Shown here in pieces: positions 40,817 to 50,900 of a stretch of 64,000 nucleotides of DNA. Positions within the stretch are counted from its first letter, which is position 1. Each line of letters starts with the position of its first letter. Source of the DNA: a bacterium (GTDB lineage Bacteria; Hinthialibacterota; Hinthialibacteria; Hinthialibacterales; Hinthialibacteraceae); assembly GCA_963662285.2 (NCBI GenBank), contig CAXXMV010000003.1, positions 32,001 to 96,000 on the forward strand, given 5' to 3'. The translations under genes were made by a program, and so were the position numbers. Below the pieces are notes generated by a model. That model saw nothing but the letters and a program-made list of their open reading frames with translations, made no database searches and was not told where the DNA came from.

Positions 40817-41714
40817 AAGCATTCATCTACGGAGATGGCTTATTGTCCGGCAAGGCGCTATCGGCGACTCGATTCTACTCTCTTCTTTAATTCAAACCAT
40901 CCGGCGTCAGGCGCCTGAGGCCTGGATCGAAGTAATGGGGATCAAAGAACGCGCCTCATTATTGGTAGGTCAAGGATTGGCTGATAATGCAGTATCTTCT
41001 GATATTCAGGGTATGGAGCGCCTTTACGCTGAACATGATCCCCTTCCTGTTAGACTCATTAATTATCTACAGCAATTTGATGTGATACTTTACTTTGGCG
41101 GTAAGGATCACCAAATCATCGCCCAACGCTTACAGGTCAGGCCTGATGCTATCATCCGGGTGTGTGAGGCGCTGCCGCCACCTTCTGGGATGCATTGCGT
41201 TAATCACTATCATGAAATCCTGAAGGGATTGCTTGAGATTGACGAAATACCATTTCCTATGATTTCTCTAAGTGAGCATGAATTAACTGAAGCGGATTTA
41301 TATCTGGAATCATTGGGGATAAATCGCAGTGAGGAGTACATTCTTGCTATTCATGCAGGCGCTGGAAGCCGTTCCAAACAAGCGCCTGTGGAACTCTTCG
41401 TCCAAGCGGCCAAGAATATCGATTATGATTTACCCGTGGTTTATCTGTTAACCTGCGGTCCGGCAGATAAAGAAGCCGTTAACCAACTAACTGAGTTATT
41501 GCCAACGGATTCTCGTTTTCACATTCTTGAAGAGATGCCGTTGCGCAAACTGGCCGCCATTCTGAGTCGCTCAAACCAATTTATCGGCAACGACAGCGGA
41601 ATCACCCACATGGCGGCTGCGGTGGATTGCCCGGTAACAGCATTTTTTGTGGACAGCGATCACACGATATGGGCGCCGCTGGGAAAACGTGTTGTGATTA
41701 AGGTATTAGAGTGA
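40806..41714 (+). CDS. GT9 ADP-heptose:LPS heptosyltransferase-like
   Basis: GAIGD, HAGAG..K, FIGNDSGITHMAAA. Confidence 0.9.
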   Translation: MADKSIHLRRWLIVRQGAIGDSILLSSLIQTIRRQAPEAWIEVMGIKERASLLVGQGLADNAVSSDIQGMERLYAEHDPLPVRLINYLQQFDVILYFGGKDHQIIAQRLQVRPDAIIRVCEALPPPSGMHCVNHYHEILKGLLEIDEIPFPMISLSEHELTEADLYLESLGINRSEEYILAIHAGAGSRSKQAPVELFVQAAKNIDYDLPVVYLLTCGPADKEAVNQLTELLPTDSRFHILEEMPLRKLAAILSRSNQFIGNDSGITHMAAAVDCPVTAFFVDSDHTIWAPLGKRVVIKVLE

Positions 41715-41822
41715 TTCTCCAAATGTTGTCCGACCAGGTCACCGCGCTCCATAAGAAACCAAATGTAGGTGCGCTCCCCGTGAGCGCCCAAAATCACCCA
41801 CTCCCCCAGCCAAGCATCCGCT

Positions 41823-42806
41823 TTAACTAAATTCCTTCTTCTTCAAAATCGAAAAAGAATTAGCTCCCGAATCATAAACCGCAGTTTGCAGGTAATCGAT
41901 AGCCAGAGGAAGGCAATAGCGGTCATCGAACCATGATGGATTAATCACATCGTTGTTTTCTAAACCATTAAGATGACGTTGTAGAAGGTCATTCTCATGC
42001 AATACCCGAAAACCGAAGGGATAAAAATACTGGGTTTTGCGGCTGGTGTTTTTATAATCGTAGGCGCCGTTTTCAGTAATCTTGTCATCAAGAAAGCGGA
42101 ATCCCTTAAGCGCCGCTTGTCGGGCGTCTTCATCTTGAGTATGAAGGATATATTGCCCTAAACAAGAGAGTGTGATGGTCTGATATCCGATATCATAGCC
42201 TCCATACTCTTCAAAAAAACCTTGTGGATTCTGTTTCTCAATAACGAAATTAATCCGTTTAGCTGATGCATCAATGATTGCGTCATCTTCCAATAACTCT
42301 CCAGTGATTCGTAAGGCTACGGCTGAAGCGGCCATCTGATTCATGACAATAGGATTATCACGTACTAATAGCCATTTAGCCGCCTGATAAAGTGAATCTT
42401 TGGGCGTCGGGCACTCAATCAAACGGCAGGTTTCCGCCGCAGCGTATAGGGTGAATGACGTTACGCAAAATGAGCGCTCGAAAGGCCAATACTCATCAAA
42501 ACTGCCATCGCTTCTTTGGATGCGGGTCCAGAATTTAACCGCTGACGACGCCCATTCATAGATGCGTTGTTTATGATAAAAACGGTTTTGGGGATGGTTA
42601 TATAAATAAAGCAGCGCCAGAAACTGACTGGCTTCCTGAAACCGCGCATTAACAAAATCAACCTGACGGTAATGCCAATAGTAGCGGTCGTAACAACCAT
42701 AGGATTCAGAAAACTCGTCACGGTCGCCCAGACCGAGGATGCGATTGGCCTGGCTTAACGCTATCTCGCCATATTTTTTACAAGAAATATTTGATGAATC
42801 TGACAT
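41823..42806 (-). CDS. Conserved hypothetical, alpha/alpha-barrel-like, glycan-locus associated
   Basis: GCYDRYYWHY, Q..DGSFDEY.P.E, Q..QGFFEEYGGYDIGYQ repeats. Confidence 0.55.
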   Translation of the reverse strand: MSDSSNISCKKYGEIALSQANRILGLGDRDEFSESYGCYDRYYWHYRQVDFVNARFQEASQFLALLYLYNHPQNRFYHKQRIYEWASSAVKFWTRIQRSDGSFDEYWPFERSFCVTSFTLYAAAETCRLIECPTPKDSLYQAAKWLLVRDNPIVMNQMAASAVALRITGELLEDDAIIDASAKRINFVIEKQNPQGFFEEYGGYDIGYQTITLSCLGQYILHTQDEDARQAALKGFRFLDDKITENGAYDYKNTSRKTQYFYPFGFRVLHENDLLQRHLNGLENNDVINPSWFDDRYCLPLAIDYLQTAVYDSGANSFSILKKKEFS

Positions 42807-42900
42807 TATTCTAAATAAGGCTCCTGTTCAGAAAATATATATTATTTTCAATTGATAGTTATGATAAAAGCAATTCGGGCGCCCGAATGAACTCATCCCC

Positions 42901-43653
42901 TTATTGAATCTGCGAACGGTAAATCAACTTCCAATAAATCATGCGAATCATGGTATTATGCAATCCCAACCATTGTTTGCGCCAGACGCTTTTTCCATCT
43001 GAGGGATATAGGATAAGTTCAACATCGTCATCAGGGAACGTGTCATCATGCATGATCTTATTCATGCGGGAATTATAACGCCGGGTGAACATGATATAAG
43101 AGTGGAAATTACGGATTTTGATCCAGTCGCGGATCATCAATTGACGGTCAAGCATATTGGTGGCTTTTCTGGGGATGCAGGAAATGTCTTCCAATGGGAC
43201 ATCGGCTTCATCAAGTTTCTGTTTAATAAAATAGAGCATCGAAACGGGGGCGTCAACATCTTTATACGTATCCGGGACGCCGCTGGTTATCAATATCGCT
43301 TTTACTTTATTCTGATGATATAAGTCAATCGCCATATCAAGATTGCCGCCCAGCCCCCCGACAAGAACTACGTCAGCATTGTGAAAGGGCGTCTCATATA
43401 CAAATATCCAATTGAAAAGCAGGTCAAGCGGCCTACAGAAATAGAAGAAAGTAATGAAAATCAGGATAAATCCAATTATCCACAACCGCCTGTGTTCTCG
43501 TCTCACATGGCCGATGTGGATTGAAGGGGATGAGTCGGATATTGGTTCAACCTGATGAGAGGTTGAACGGGATTTTTTCTCTGAAAAGAAAAGCATAGTT
43601 TCCCAATTATTAGAATTGCAATATAAATAGTACGTCTTTTTATCATCGCACAA
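42901..43653 (-). CDS. YdcF/DUF218-like membrane-anchored protein (start uncertain)
   Basis: Single TM, ADVVLVGG, A.DLY....K.ILITSG. Confidence 0.55.
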   Translation of the reverse strand: MCDDKKTYYLYCNSNNWETMLFFSEKKSRSTSHQVEPISDSSPSIHIGHVRREHRRLWIIGFILIFITFFYFCRPLDLLFNWIFVYETPFHNADVVLVGGLGGNLDMAIDLYHQNKVKAILITSGVPDTYKDVDAPVSMLYFIKQKLDEADVPLEDISCIPRKATNMLDRQLMIRDWIKIRNFHSYIMFTRRYNSRMNKIMHDDTFPDDDVELILYPSDGKSVWRKQWLGLHNTMIRMIYWKLIYRSQIQ

Positions 43654-43734
43654 ATTTCTTAAAAGCGATATATAAAGAGATGTATTTTTAACAAAATATG
43701 TTACAGAGAAAATATAAAGCCACCCAACCTACGC

Positions 43735-43844
43735 GTAGGGTGGGTCAGCTTTACCGACCCACCAAAAATCCACCTATTCCGTCCAAAAATCCTACCCAAT
43801 AATATCACTCAAGCGTAGGGTGGTGTCAGCCTCATCGACCCACC
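43735..43844 (+). repeat. Two tandem GTAG-type REPs
   Basis: 43735-43763 identical to 32942-32970; second copy at 43815-43844. Confidence 0.8.
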
Positions 43845-43860
43845 GAAAATCCACCCATTA

Positions 43861-46800
43861 TCACTCAGCATACATCAATACCGTCGGTATCGGGCAGTTT
43901 TTGGGGAATCGATATACCTCCAAAGCATCCAGGTATAAGGAAACGCCGCTTGTTTCAGAACCGCCAGCCAGTTGTACAATAGGCGCCACTGTTCCCGAAG
44001 GTGGATAATAAGTGAAAACTACCCAGTGATAGCCATCTTCATACAAACCGCTATCCATATCAATGTGGGATGCCAGCGAACCGTTGAATGATCCATCCAC
44101 GCCCACTACAGCAATAGATGCTCCACTGCCAGTCGATTTAATCCGTGCGCGGATCATAACCAGATCGTCGCCTGATTCGATAGTGGGGAAGAGAAGCAGT
44201 TCAACTTCTCCAGCCGATACGTCAAGCGTAGCGCCTATACCGTCGCTGATCATGCCATCTTGCGCGGGGAATTCGCCAACCGAAACTCTCCCTGCAGGAG
44301 ATTGCAAAAATCCGCCGGGTTGTTCAATATATTCATCAGTAGATAGTAAATTATAGGTTTGCGCCGGCAGCGGAGGAAATGACGGCGCTGTTTCCCGGGA
44401 AGCGCTTGAAGCCAGCAACCAACCGGGAATGCTTACGCCTTTGGGGATTTGGTATATCTCAATGTTATCTAAATACAGTTTGACCTCTTGTTCGCCTTGA
44501 AGGTTGGCTAATTGGAATACGGGAATCACTGTATCCGCCGGCGTCTCATAGATAAGCGTCATCCACTGATAGCGGTTAAAGAATACGTTACTATCAGCCG
44601 GGAAATTAGTGGCGATAGATCCATCCAGCTCGCCGCTCAAAGCGCCTAGCGCCACCGATGCTCCGGGGCCGTTTGAAGCAACCAATGCACGGACAAGAAT
44701 CAGGCCGCCGCCAGTTTCTACTTGGGGGAACTGCAACAACATTACTTCTCCAGGCGCGGCGGATATCGTGGCGCCTTTTCCATCGGTGATCTCATTGATA
44801 TTGGCCGGTAATGATCCAACCGAGACGCTTCCGGGATCCATTCCCGTAAATCCACCGGGAATCGGAATAAATTCTTCCTGCGCTTGGATATAAAAGACTT
44901 TGAACGGTTCTTGCTCGCTTACCAGATTGGGTACGCCATGCAGATGGATGGAATAAGTTGCATGACCATTAACAAATTCACTCACTTTAAGATAATAAGT
45001 TCCAGCGGTATCAGGTGAAAAACGAATCAGGAAATTGTTTCCCGAACCGCCGTCATCCTGCTCCACTACTGGTAGGCTGGCGCCAGCGTAATAAAGCGCG
45101 GCAACCGTGTCGGAGTTTCCGCTTGAATAAATTTCATAGGTTGCGCCGACCGCCAGTTGAATCATGAACCAGTCTTCAGTATCTTCATTCGACAAGGAAT
45201 GGGGGCCATGTTGTTGTTCAAAATCAGTCAGGACTCCCAGGTCGGTGGCGCCGGAATTCTGGTTGTCTCCTGGATCCCAATCATCAGCGATTGCGCTATC
45301 GGGGATTGATGAATATTCACTGTAATGCAGCAAGTACGTCCCACGGTTGCCCCGGTCGAACATTCGGACTCGAAGATAGTAAGTTCCACTGGTTAAGGGG
45401 CTGAAATGCATACTGAAATTATAACTGGAGCCGCCTTCGTCTTCCTGGGTGATTCCGTCTGTTCCATCGGCGCCGAATAATTCTCCTACCGTATCCGCTG
45501 AGCAGGAGGTGCGGAATTCATAATCAGTTCCCGCCGATAAAACAAAGACGAACCAATCTTCCTGATCTTTTAGAGATAGATTGTGCGAGCCATGCGTTTG
45601 AATCTCTAAACCTGGGATTCCCAATACTGTGGCTTGAGAGAAATCATCATCCACTGGATCCCATTGATCCAGGAAAAGAGGCGTCGGATCGGCTGTTTTA
45701 ATATAAGCGAGGTCATAGGTCGCATCCAGGTTTTGGAACGAGCGTATTCTCAAATAATAAGTTCCATCAGTTTGGGGAGTGTAAACAATGGAGAAGTTCC
45801 AGTCTAAGCCGCTGTCATCATCAGCGCTAACCTCAGTAATTCCATCGGATAAGAACAATTCAGCCAGAGTGTTCGAGTCGCCTTTTGATGAGAACTGGTA
45901 GGTCGCGCCAGCTGTAAGCTGGAATTGGAACCAATCAAAGCGGTCAGTCTGGTTTAAGGTATGTGGACCTTGAGTCTGTAGATAATTGGCTGGCTTCCCG
46001 ATTTTAATGCTTGTTTCAACGAAATCATCGACGGGATCCCAGAAGTCGCCTCCAGGTAAAGGTTCTACTCCGCTTTTGACATGCAGCACATAAGAGCCAA
46101 ACAGAATACTCTCAAACATTTTTATACGAATGAAATATCTTCCATCCTCAGATGGAGTGAAAATAAGCCTGAAATTCTTGTTTTCACCACTATCATCATC
46201 TGCTGCAACGCGAGTCTCTCCATCGGGAAGAAAAAGTTCGGCTGCTATATCAGAAGCGCCGGTAGAACTGAACTCATAAGTTTCAGCAACAGTCAAATCA
46301 ACTGCAAACCAGTCATAGAGATCATCATCTGATAACGTATGTAATGGATAATCTGTACCTTGCGTAATTGGAGCATCCAACAAAACGGCTCCATCAATGG
46401 TATCGTCGATGGGGTCCCAATCGTCTTTGGGCGCTTCAATGCCTCCTCTGATTACTGAATGAAGGCTATAGGTTCCATCCTGATAATCTTCATACATGCG
46501 AACCAGTAGGAAATAATCGCCTGATGTTTCTGCTTTGAATCTAATAGAAAAGTTGATGATCGGTCCATTATCATCATCAGCGGCGACTATGGTGGTTCCA
46601 TCTGTAGCATACAATTCACCTGAAGTATCGAATTCTCCGGTCGCAAAAAATTCGTAAATCACGCCTTGTTGCAGTGGAAACTTAAACCAGTCTTGAGGAT
46701 CACTTTCAGATAGGTTATGTGGTCCGTGGATATCTTCGGTAATGGTTGGAGAAATCATTTGAGTTGCGGTTTCCCGCAGGTTATCATTCGGATCCCATTG

Positions 46801-46884
46801 ATCTTCGGAGAATTGAGCGAAAACAGGCGCTACGAACAACATGGAGATACAAAAAGTAATAGAGACTTTCAACAACTTTTTCAT
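43861..46884 (-). CDS. Large secreted protein with five PPC-like repeats and two C-terminal repeated domains
   Basis: Signal peptide from ATG 46884; five DxWDP..H.L...D..DWF..DDD.G...NF...F.....G.YY units; two roughly 180-aa PGGF..DG.GAT..GEV.LL.FP units. Confidence 0.75.
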   Translation of the reverse strand: MKKLLKVSITFCISMLFVAPVFAQFSEDQWDPNDNLRETATQMISPTITEDIHGPHNLSESDPQDWFKFPLQQGVIYEFFATGEFDTSGELYATDGTTIVAADDDNGPIINFSIRFKAETSGDYFLLVRMYEDYQDGTYSLHSVIRGGIEAPKDDWDPIDDTIDGAVLLDAPITQGTDYPLHTLSDDDLYDWFAVDLTVAETYEFSSTGASDIAAELFLPDGETRVAADDDSGENKNFRLIFTPSEDGRYFIRIKMFESILFGSYVLHVKSGVEPLPGGDFWDPVDDFVETSIKIGKPANYLQTQGPHTLNQTDRFDWFQFQLTAGATYQFSSKGDSNTLAELFLSDGITEVSADDDSGLDWNFSIVYTPQTDGTYYLRIRSFQNLDATYDLAYIKTADPTPLFLDQWDPVDDDFSQATVLGIPGLEIQTHGSHNLSLKDQEDWFVFVLSAGTDYEFRTSCSADTVGELFGADGTDGITQEDEGGSSYNFSMHFSPLTSGTYYLRVRMFDRGNRGTYLLHYSEYSSIPDSAIADDWDPGDNQNSGATDLGVLTDFEQQHGPHSLSNEDTEDWFMIQLAVGATYEIYSSGNSDTVAALYYAGASLPVVEQDDGGSGNNFLIRFSPDTAGTYYLKVSEFVNGHATYSIHLHGVPNLVSEQEPFKVFYIQAQEEFIPIPGGFTGMDPGSVSVGSLPANINEITDGKGATISAAPGEVMLLQFPQVETGGGLILVRALVASNGPGASVALGALSGELDGSIATNFPADSNVFFNRYQWMTLIYETPADTVIPVFQLANLQGEQEVKLYLDNIEIYQIPKGVSIPGWLLASSASRETAPSFPPLPAQTYNLLSTDEYIEQPGGFLQSPAGRVSVGEFPAQDGMISDGIGATLDVSAGEVELLLFPTIESGDDLVMIRARIKSTGSGASIAVVGVDGSFNGSLASHIDMDSGLYEDGYHWVVFTYYPPSGTVAPIVQLAGGSETSGVSLYLDALEVYRFPKNCPIPTVLMYAE

Positions 46885-47116
46885 ATTGATCCTTCCAAAT
46901 AAATAGATAATAAATTGAAAGACATTATCCAGGCGCAAAGCGTTAAAGCAGTTGTTATGATTTGCTGAAAAAAGAAATAAGGAAATATCTTGTTTTTTTC
47001 AACCCGAACATAAAATTGGCAACTACTTATGTCTATAGAATTCTACTTGAAATAAAACTTACTATCAAAAAAATTAACTTTTTTAGATTATTATGGTAAA
47101 CAAAAGTTTTGCTGGC

Positions 47117-48076
47117 TTATTTCATTCCCAAACGGACTTCTCTGATCCCTTTTTCGGCGCCGGTTGGTTGAGTGAGTGGAGTATATAGTTCAGGCCGCCT
47201 TGCCTGCATCCATCTGCGTCCTGAACTTTGCGGCTGCAAGGAGGCGTCCAGATCGGCTATGACCATATCGTCTCCAGCTTTCCAGGTCTCATTAATAATC
47301 CGTCCATAGGGATCAAGAATCATGGAGTTGCCGGTACGGATTTCATTACCATCGATGCCTATTCCATTGCTGAAAATAAGAAAAATACCATTATCGTGCG
47401 CTCTGGAGGGAAGCCAGCGCATCAACCATTCCCGCCCTTTTGGTCCGCGTAGTTCATTTTCAATAGCATGTGGGTCGTTATTTCTGTTATCCCACAGTTT
47501 TTTGTCCACTAAGCCCATTGCATGGGGGCTGCGGCAAAGGCAGCCGCCAGTCTGGTGAGGGGCGATCAGAATTTCCGCCCCCATGATTGCATTGATGCGG
47601 GCGTTCTCAATAATGTTATTGTCATAACAGATCAGCACCCCAACCCGGCATCCGTGGGGCGTGTCAAATACTGTATAGGAAGAACCGCATTTTATATGCT
47701 GATTGAAAAATGCATGCAGTTTGCGGTGACATTTGCATTGCCCATCAGGCATGGCGATTACATAAGAGTTATATAATTGGTCGTCATCGCCTAATTCGAC
47801 TAATCCGGCGCCAATGGTTATATTGAAATCTTTAGATAATCTCAATAAAGATTGTGAACAAGATCCGCTGGCAACCGGCTCGGCCAATTTAAGCATTTGA
47901 TTGCGGTCTAAATCACGTAGATTCCAATAGCCCGACAGGCAGCATTCAGGAAAGGCGATGATTTGCACATCTTGTTTTGATGCTTGTTCAACAAACTGGC
48001 GTACAATTTCTAGATTAGCATCTGGATCAAAAGGTTTATATTCGAATTGAACGGATGCTACGCGTATATTTTCCAT
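47117..48076 (-). CDS. Carbon-nitrogen hydrolase (nitrilase family)
   Basis: FPEC, HRKLH, LICYD (E-K-C triad). Confidence 0.92.
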   Translation of the reverse strand: MENIRVASVQFEYKPFDPDANLEIVRQFVEQASKQDVQIIAFPECCLSGYWNLRDLDRNQMLKLAEPVASGSCSQSLLRLSKDFNITIGAGLVELGDDDQLYNSYVIAMPDGQCKCHRKLHAFFNQHIKCGSSYTVFDTPHGCRVGVLICYDNNIIENARINAIMGAEILIAPHQTGGCLCRSPHAMGLVDKKLWDNRNNDPHAIENELRGPKGREWLMRWLPSRAHDNGIFLIFSNGIGIDGNEIRTGNSMILDPYGRIINETWKAGDDMVIADLDASLQPQSSGRRWMQARRPELYTPLTQPTGAEKGIREVRLGMK

Positions 48077-48084
48077 GATTTCCT

Positions 48085-49635
48085 CTAGTTTTTATCACTG
48101 TATTCAGTTGAATTAACTTCGATTAATGATTGATGCTTGATTCTGCATTGTACGATAGTTCCACCATCCTGGTCCGGTTGGATTTCTAATTCAGCGCCGA
48201 TCATTCCAGCGCGGTATTGCATGATTCTTAATCCCATGCCATCTGGCCGGTTCCGGTGATTTGTCAATCCTATTCCATCATCTTTTACGGTAAGCTGGAA
48301 ATATTCATTCTCAGTTTCCAACCGAAGCCAAATATGTTTGGCCATGCTATGTTTGATGGCATTATTGAGCGCTTCCTGGGCAATTCGGTATAAGTTAATG
48401 TTGATAGTGGCATCTTGAAAAGAGATGTCTGAATCGCAATGAAACAGGCAAGGGACTTTATGGATATGTTCGGTTTGTTCCACCAGGTCTTGCAACGCGC
48501 CATCCAATCCCCCATCCTGCAACTTCACCGGCATCAGGCCTTGCGCTAGCCAGCTGGATTGATGAATCGCTTGTTTGACCAGGTCGGATATTTCGTGAAC
48601 ACTCTCTACTTCGTTGGGTGCATTGTTTTTTATTTTTTTTGATAATCCTTGGAGAAGACAGGAAATTCCGGTCAGCAGCTGTCCTAATCCATCATGCAAA
48701 TCTCGTCCGATGCGATTTTGTTCCCGTTGGCTGATTTCCAGGATCTCTTTTTCGAGCCGTTTCCTCTCCGTCATATCACGAATCATGACCAATACTTCAA
48801 GATTGCTGATCACTACTAGTCTCGCTTCAAAATCGTGCATTGTACCATCATGTTCGTATTGGAATTCGAAAATTTGAGGATTGCCGCTTTCCAAAGCATT
48901 CTGAACGGATTTCAATAAGTTTAACGCGGTTTCTTCCTGCATCAGTTCAGATAATAGAATTTCTCGCTCAGGGCCGCTAAAGGGGATTTTTCCTATGCCT
49001 TCGCCTGGTTTATATTCAAGACATACGCCGTCGCACCGGATTCGCAGAATACTGTCCGGAATGGAATTGATAAGGGTTTTCAATCTTTCCTGGCTGGCTT
49101 TACGGGCATCATCAGCTTTTTGGAGCATGTCCAGGTCAGCAGTTAATTGCCGGTTAAGAAACTGCAACTCCGCAGTGCGTAATTCAACCCGCGCTTCTAA
49201 TGCATTTTGAATGAACAGTAGTTCAGACTCGATTTTTTTTTGTTTTAGCATTAATTTGCCAATCATCTCACCACAAATAATCAGCAGCAATATTGCTATG
49301 GTCAACAGAGTAAATGATTCAATTAAAGAGATATGGATATAGAGAAAAATCCATGCTACGGCTATTGTTGTTACGAAAATAATTGATAAATAGTATTTTC
49401 TGGGATACATGAAAGCGGAATATACAATTGGAGCAATAAGAAGACCAAGCAGGTTTGATAAAGTATGTGAAAGATTGTGCGGTCCATACTCATGGCATAA
49501 TATAAATCCGCTTGCGATGCAAAAAAGCGATATGGAATATACCAACAAGAAAGTAAGACCTGATGATGAAACGGTTACTTTCTGCATAATTTTATCTATT
49601 CTTTCTTTAGAAAAACTTTGTTTTATCATACTCAA
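48085..49635 (-). CDS. Membrane PAS sensor histidine kinase (HisKA_3)
   Basis: TMs, PAS, RIGRDLHDGLGQ, YRIAQEALNNAIKH, DDGIG, GMGL. Confidence 0.92.
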   Translation of the reverse strand: MSMIKQSFSKERIDKIMQKVTVSSSGLTFLLVYSISLFCIASGFILCHEYGPHNLSHTLSNLLGLLIAPIVYSAFMYPRKYYLSIIFVTTIAVAWIFLYIHISLIESFTLLTIAILLLIICGEMIGKLMLKQKKIESELLFIQNALEARVELRTAELQFLNRQLTADLDMLQKADDARKASQERLKTLINSIPDSILRIRCDGVCLEYKPGEGIGKIPFSGPEREILLSELMQEETALNLLKSVQNALESGNPQIFEFQYEHDGTMHDFEARLVVISNLEVLVMIRDMTERKRLEKEILEISQREQNRIGRDLHDGLGQLLTGISCLLQGLSKKIKNNAPNEVESVHEISDLVKQAIHQSSWLAQGLMPVKLQDGGLDGALQDLVEQTEHIHKVPCLFHCDSDISFQDATININLYRIAQEALNNAIKHSMAKHIWLRLETENEYFQLTVKDDGIGLTNHRNRPDGMGLRIMQYRAGMIGAELEIQPDQDGGTIVQCRIKHQSLIEVNSTEYSDKN

Positions 49636-49900
49636 AATTTACTAAAAAAGTAACACGATCAGATTATTTTAGGTTTAATTATATTTGGACGATTCTCAAA
49701 ATTATGCTCCTTGAATATCGTGTTTGGACTCGATGAAGATGAGGGCGAAACGATTAAATCTATAGATATGAAGATATCCATCTGCCGGTTGACTTGTAAT
49801 ATCACTTGTTGAATAAATAGTTTTTGCTTTATAATATGCAAACAAATATATATCACCTTGAATTCATGTCCACTATATCCATAACCTTGAGGATTAAATT

Positions 49901-50833
49901 GTGAACGAGCATCAGATGGAAGTTTTGATTGCTTATGATGATCTGTCTCTAATGAAATTGCTTCAGTCTAATCTCAAGCAATGGGGTTTTAACGTATTAT
50001 CCGTCACTGATGGCAATGAAGCATTATCTATCCTGAAAAGCAAGCAATCTCCCAGTATGGCAGTGCTGGATTCGCAGATGCGTGGATTGGATTCGAAAGA
50101 GTTATACCGTTCTTTAAGAGATAGTGGAAATATAAAATACACCTATATCATATCGCTGGCTGATGATGAACAATACAAAGAACTTATTAACGAAACTGAA
50201 TTTAATGCTGATGATTACCTGACCAAACCTTTCAATATCCACGAACTGAAGTTCCGTTTGAATACCGGGATGCGGATTCTAAGTTATCAGGAAAAACTGC
50301 TGCGCGAACGTGAGAGTTTGCGCAAAATGGTCACCTATGATTCATTGACCAATATATTCAACCGCCCCGCTATTTTGGGGATATGTGAGAAAGAGTTGGT
50401 TCGTTCAAGCAGACAGAAAAATGCAACCAGTTTGATTATGACCGATATTGATGATTTTAAGAGAGTAAATGATACTCACGGTCATATTGTGGGAGACCAT
50501 GTATTACATGATATAGCCAAGCTTATCGAAGATTCTCTTCGGCCTTACGATTCCGTTGGCCGGTATGGCGGTGAAGAATTTCTCATTGTCGTACCTAACT
50601 GCAAGTGTGTTGATGCGGTTGAACTGGCTGATCGAATCCGGCAAACCATTGAGGACAATCCCATTGTATATAATGGATTAACTATACCTATCACCTTAAG
50701 CCTTGGCGTTGCTTCAATGAATGGAAATGTTGGTTTCAATCCTAATGAGTTAATTAATTTAGCTGATCAAGCGCTTCTACATGCCAAAGCCAGGGGGAAG
50801 AATCGAGTAGAAAGATTGATAATGAACAGTTGA
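49901..50833 (+). CDS. Response-regulator diguanylate cyclase
   Basis: REC domain followed by RPYD I-site and GRYGGEEF. Confidence 0.92.
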   Translation: MNEHQMEVLIAYDDLSLMKLLQSNLKQWGFNVLSVTDGNEALSILKSKQSPSMAVLDSQMRGLDSKELYRSLRDSGNIKYTYIISLADDEQYKELINETEFNADDYLTKPFNIHELKFRLNTGMRILSYQEKLLRERESLRKMVTYDSLTNIFNRPAILGICEKELVRSSRQKNATSLIMTDIDDFKRVNDTHGHIVGDHVLHDIAKLIEDSLRPYDSVGRYGGEEFLIVVPNCKCVDAVELADRIRQTIEDNPIVYNGLTIPITLSLGVASMNGNVGFNPNELINLADQALLHAKARGKNRVERLIMNS

Positions 50834-50900
50834 ATATATATTGTATGCTTCCACTTTTTGCCGATAAATCTTACCTGTATGCGACTGGATATCCTTCATT

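Noticed and set aside
43861-43900. C-terminus PTVLMYAE as another WxLY tag
   Set aside because: No Trp, and it corresponds to the end of the protein's own repeated domain.
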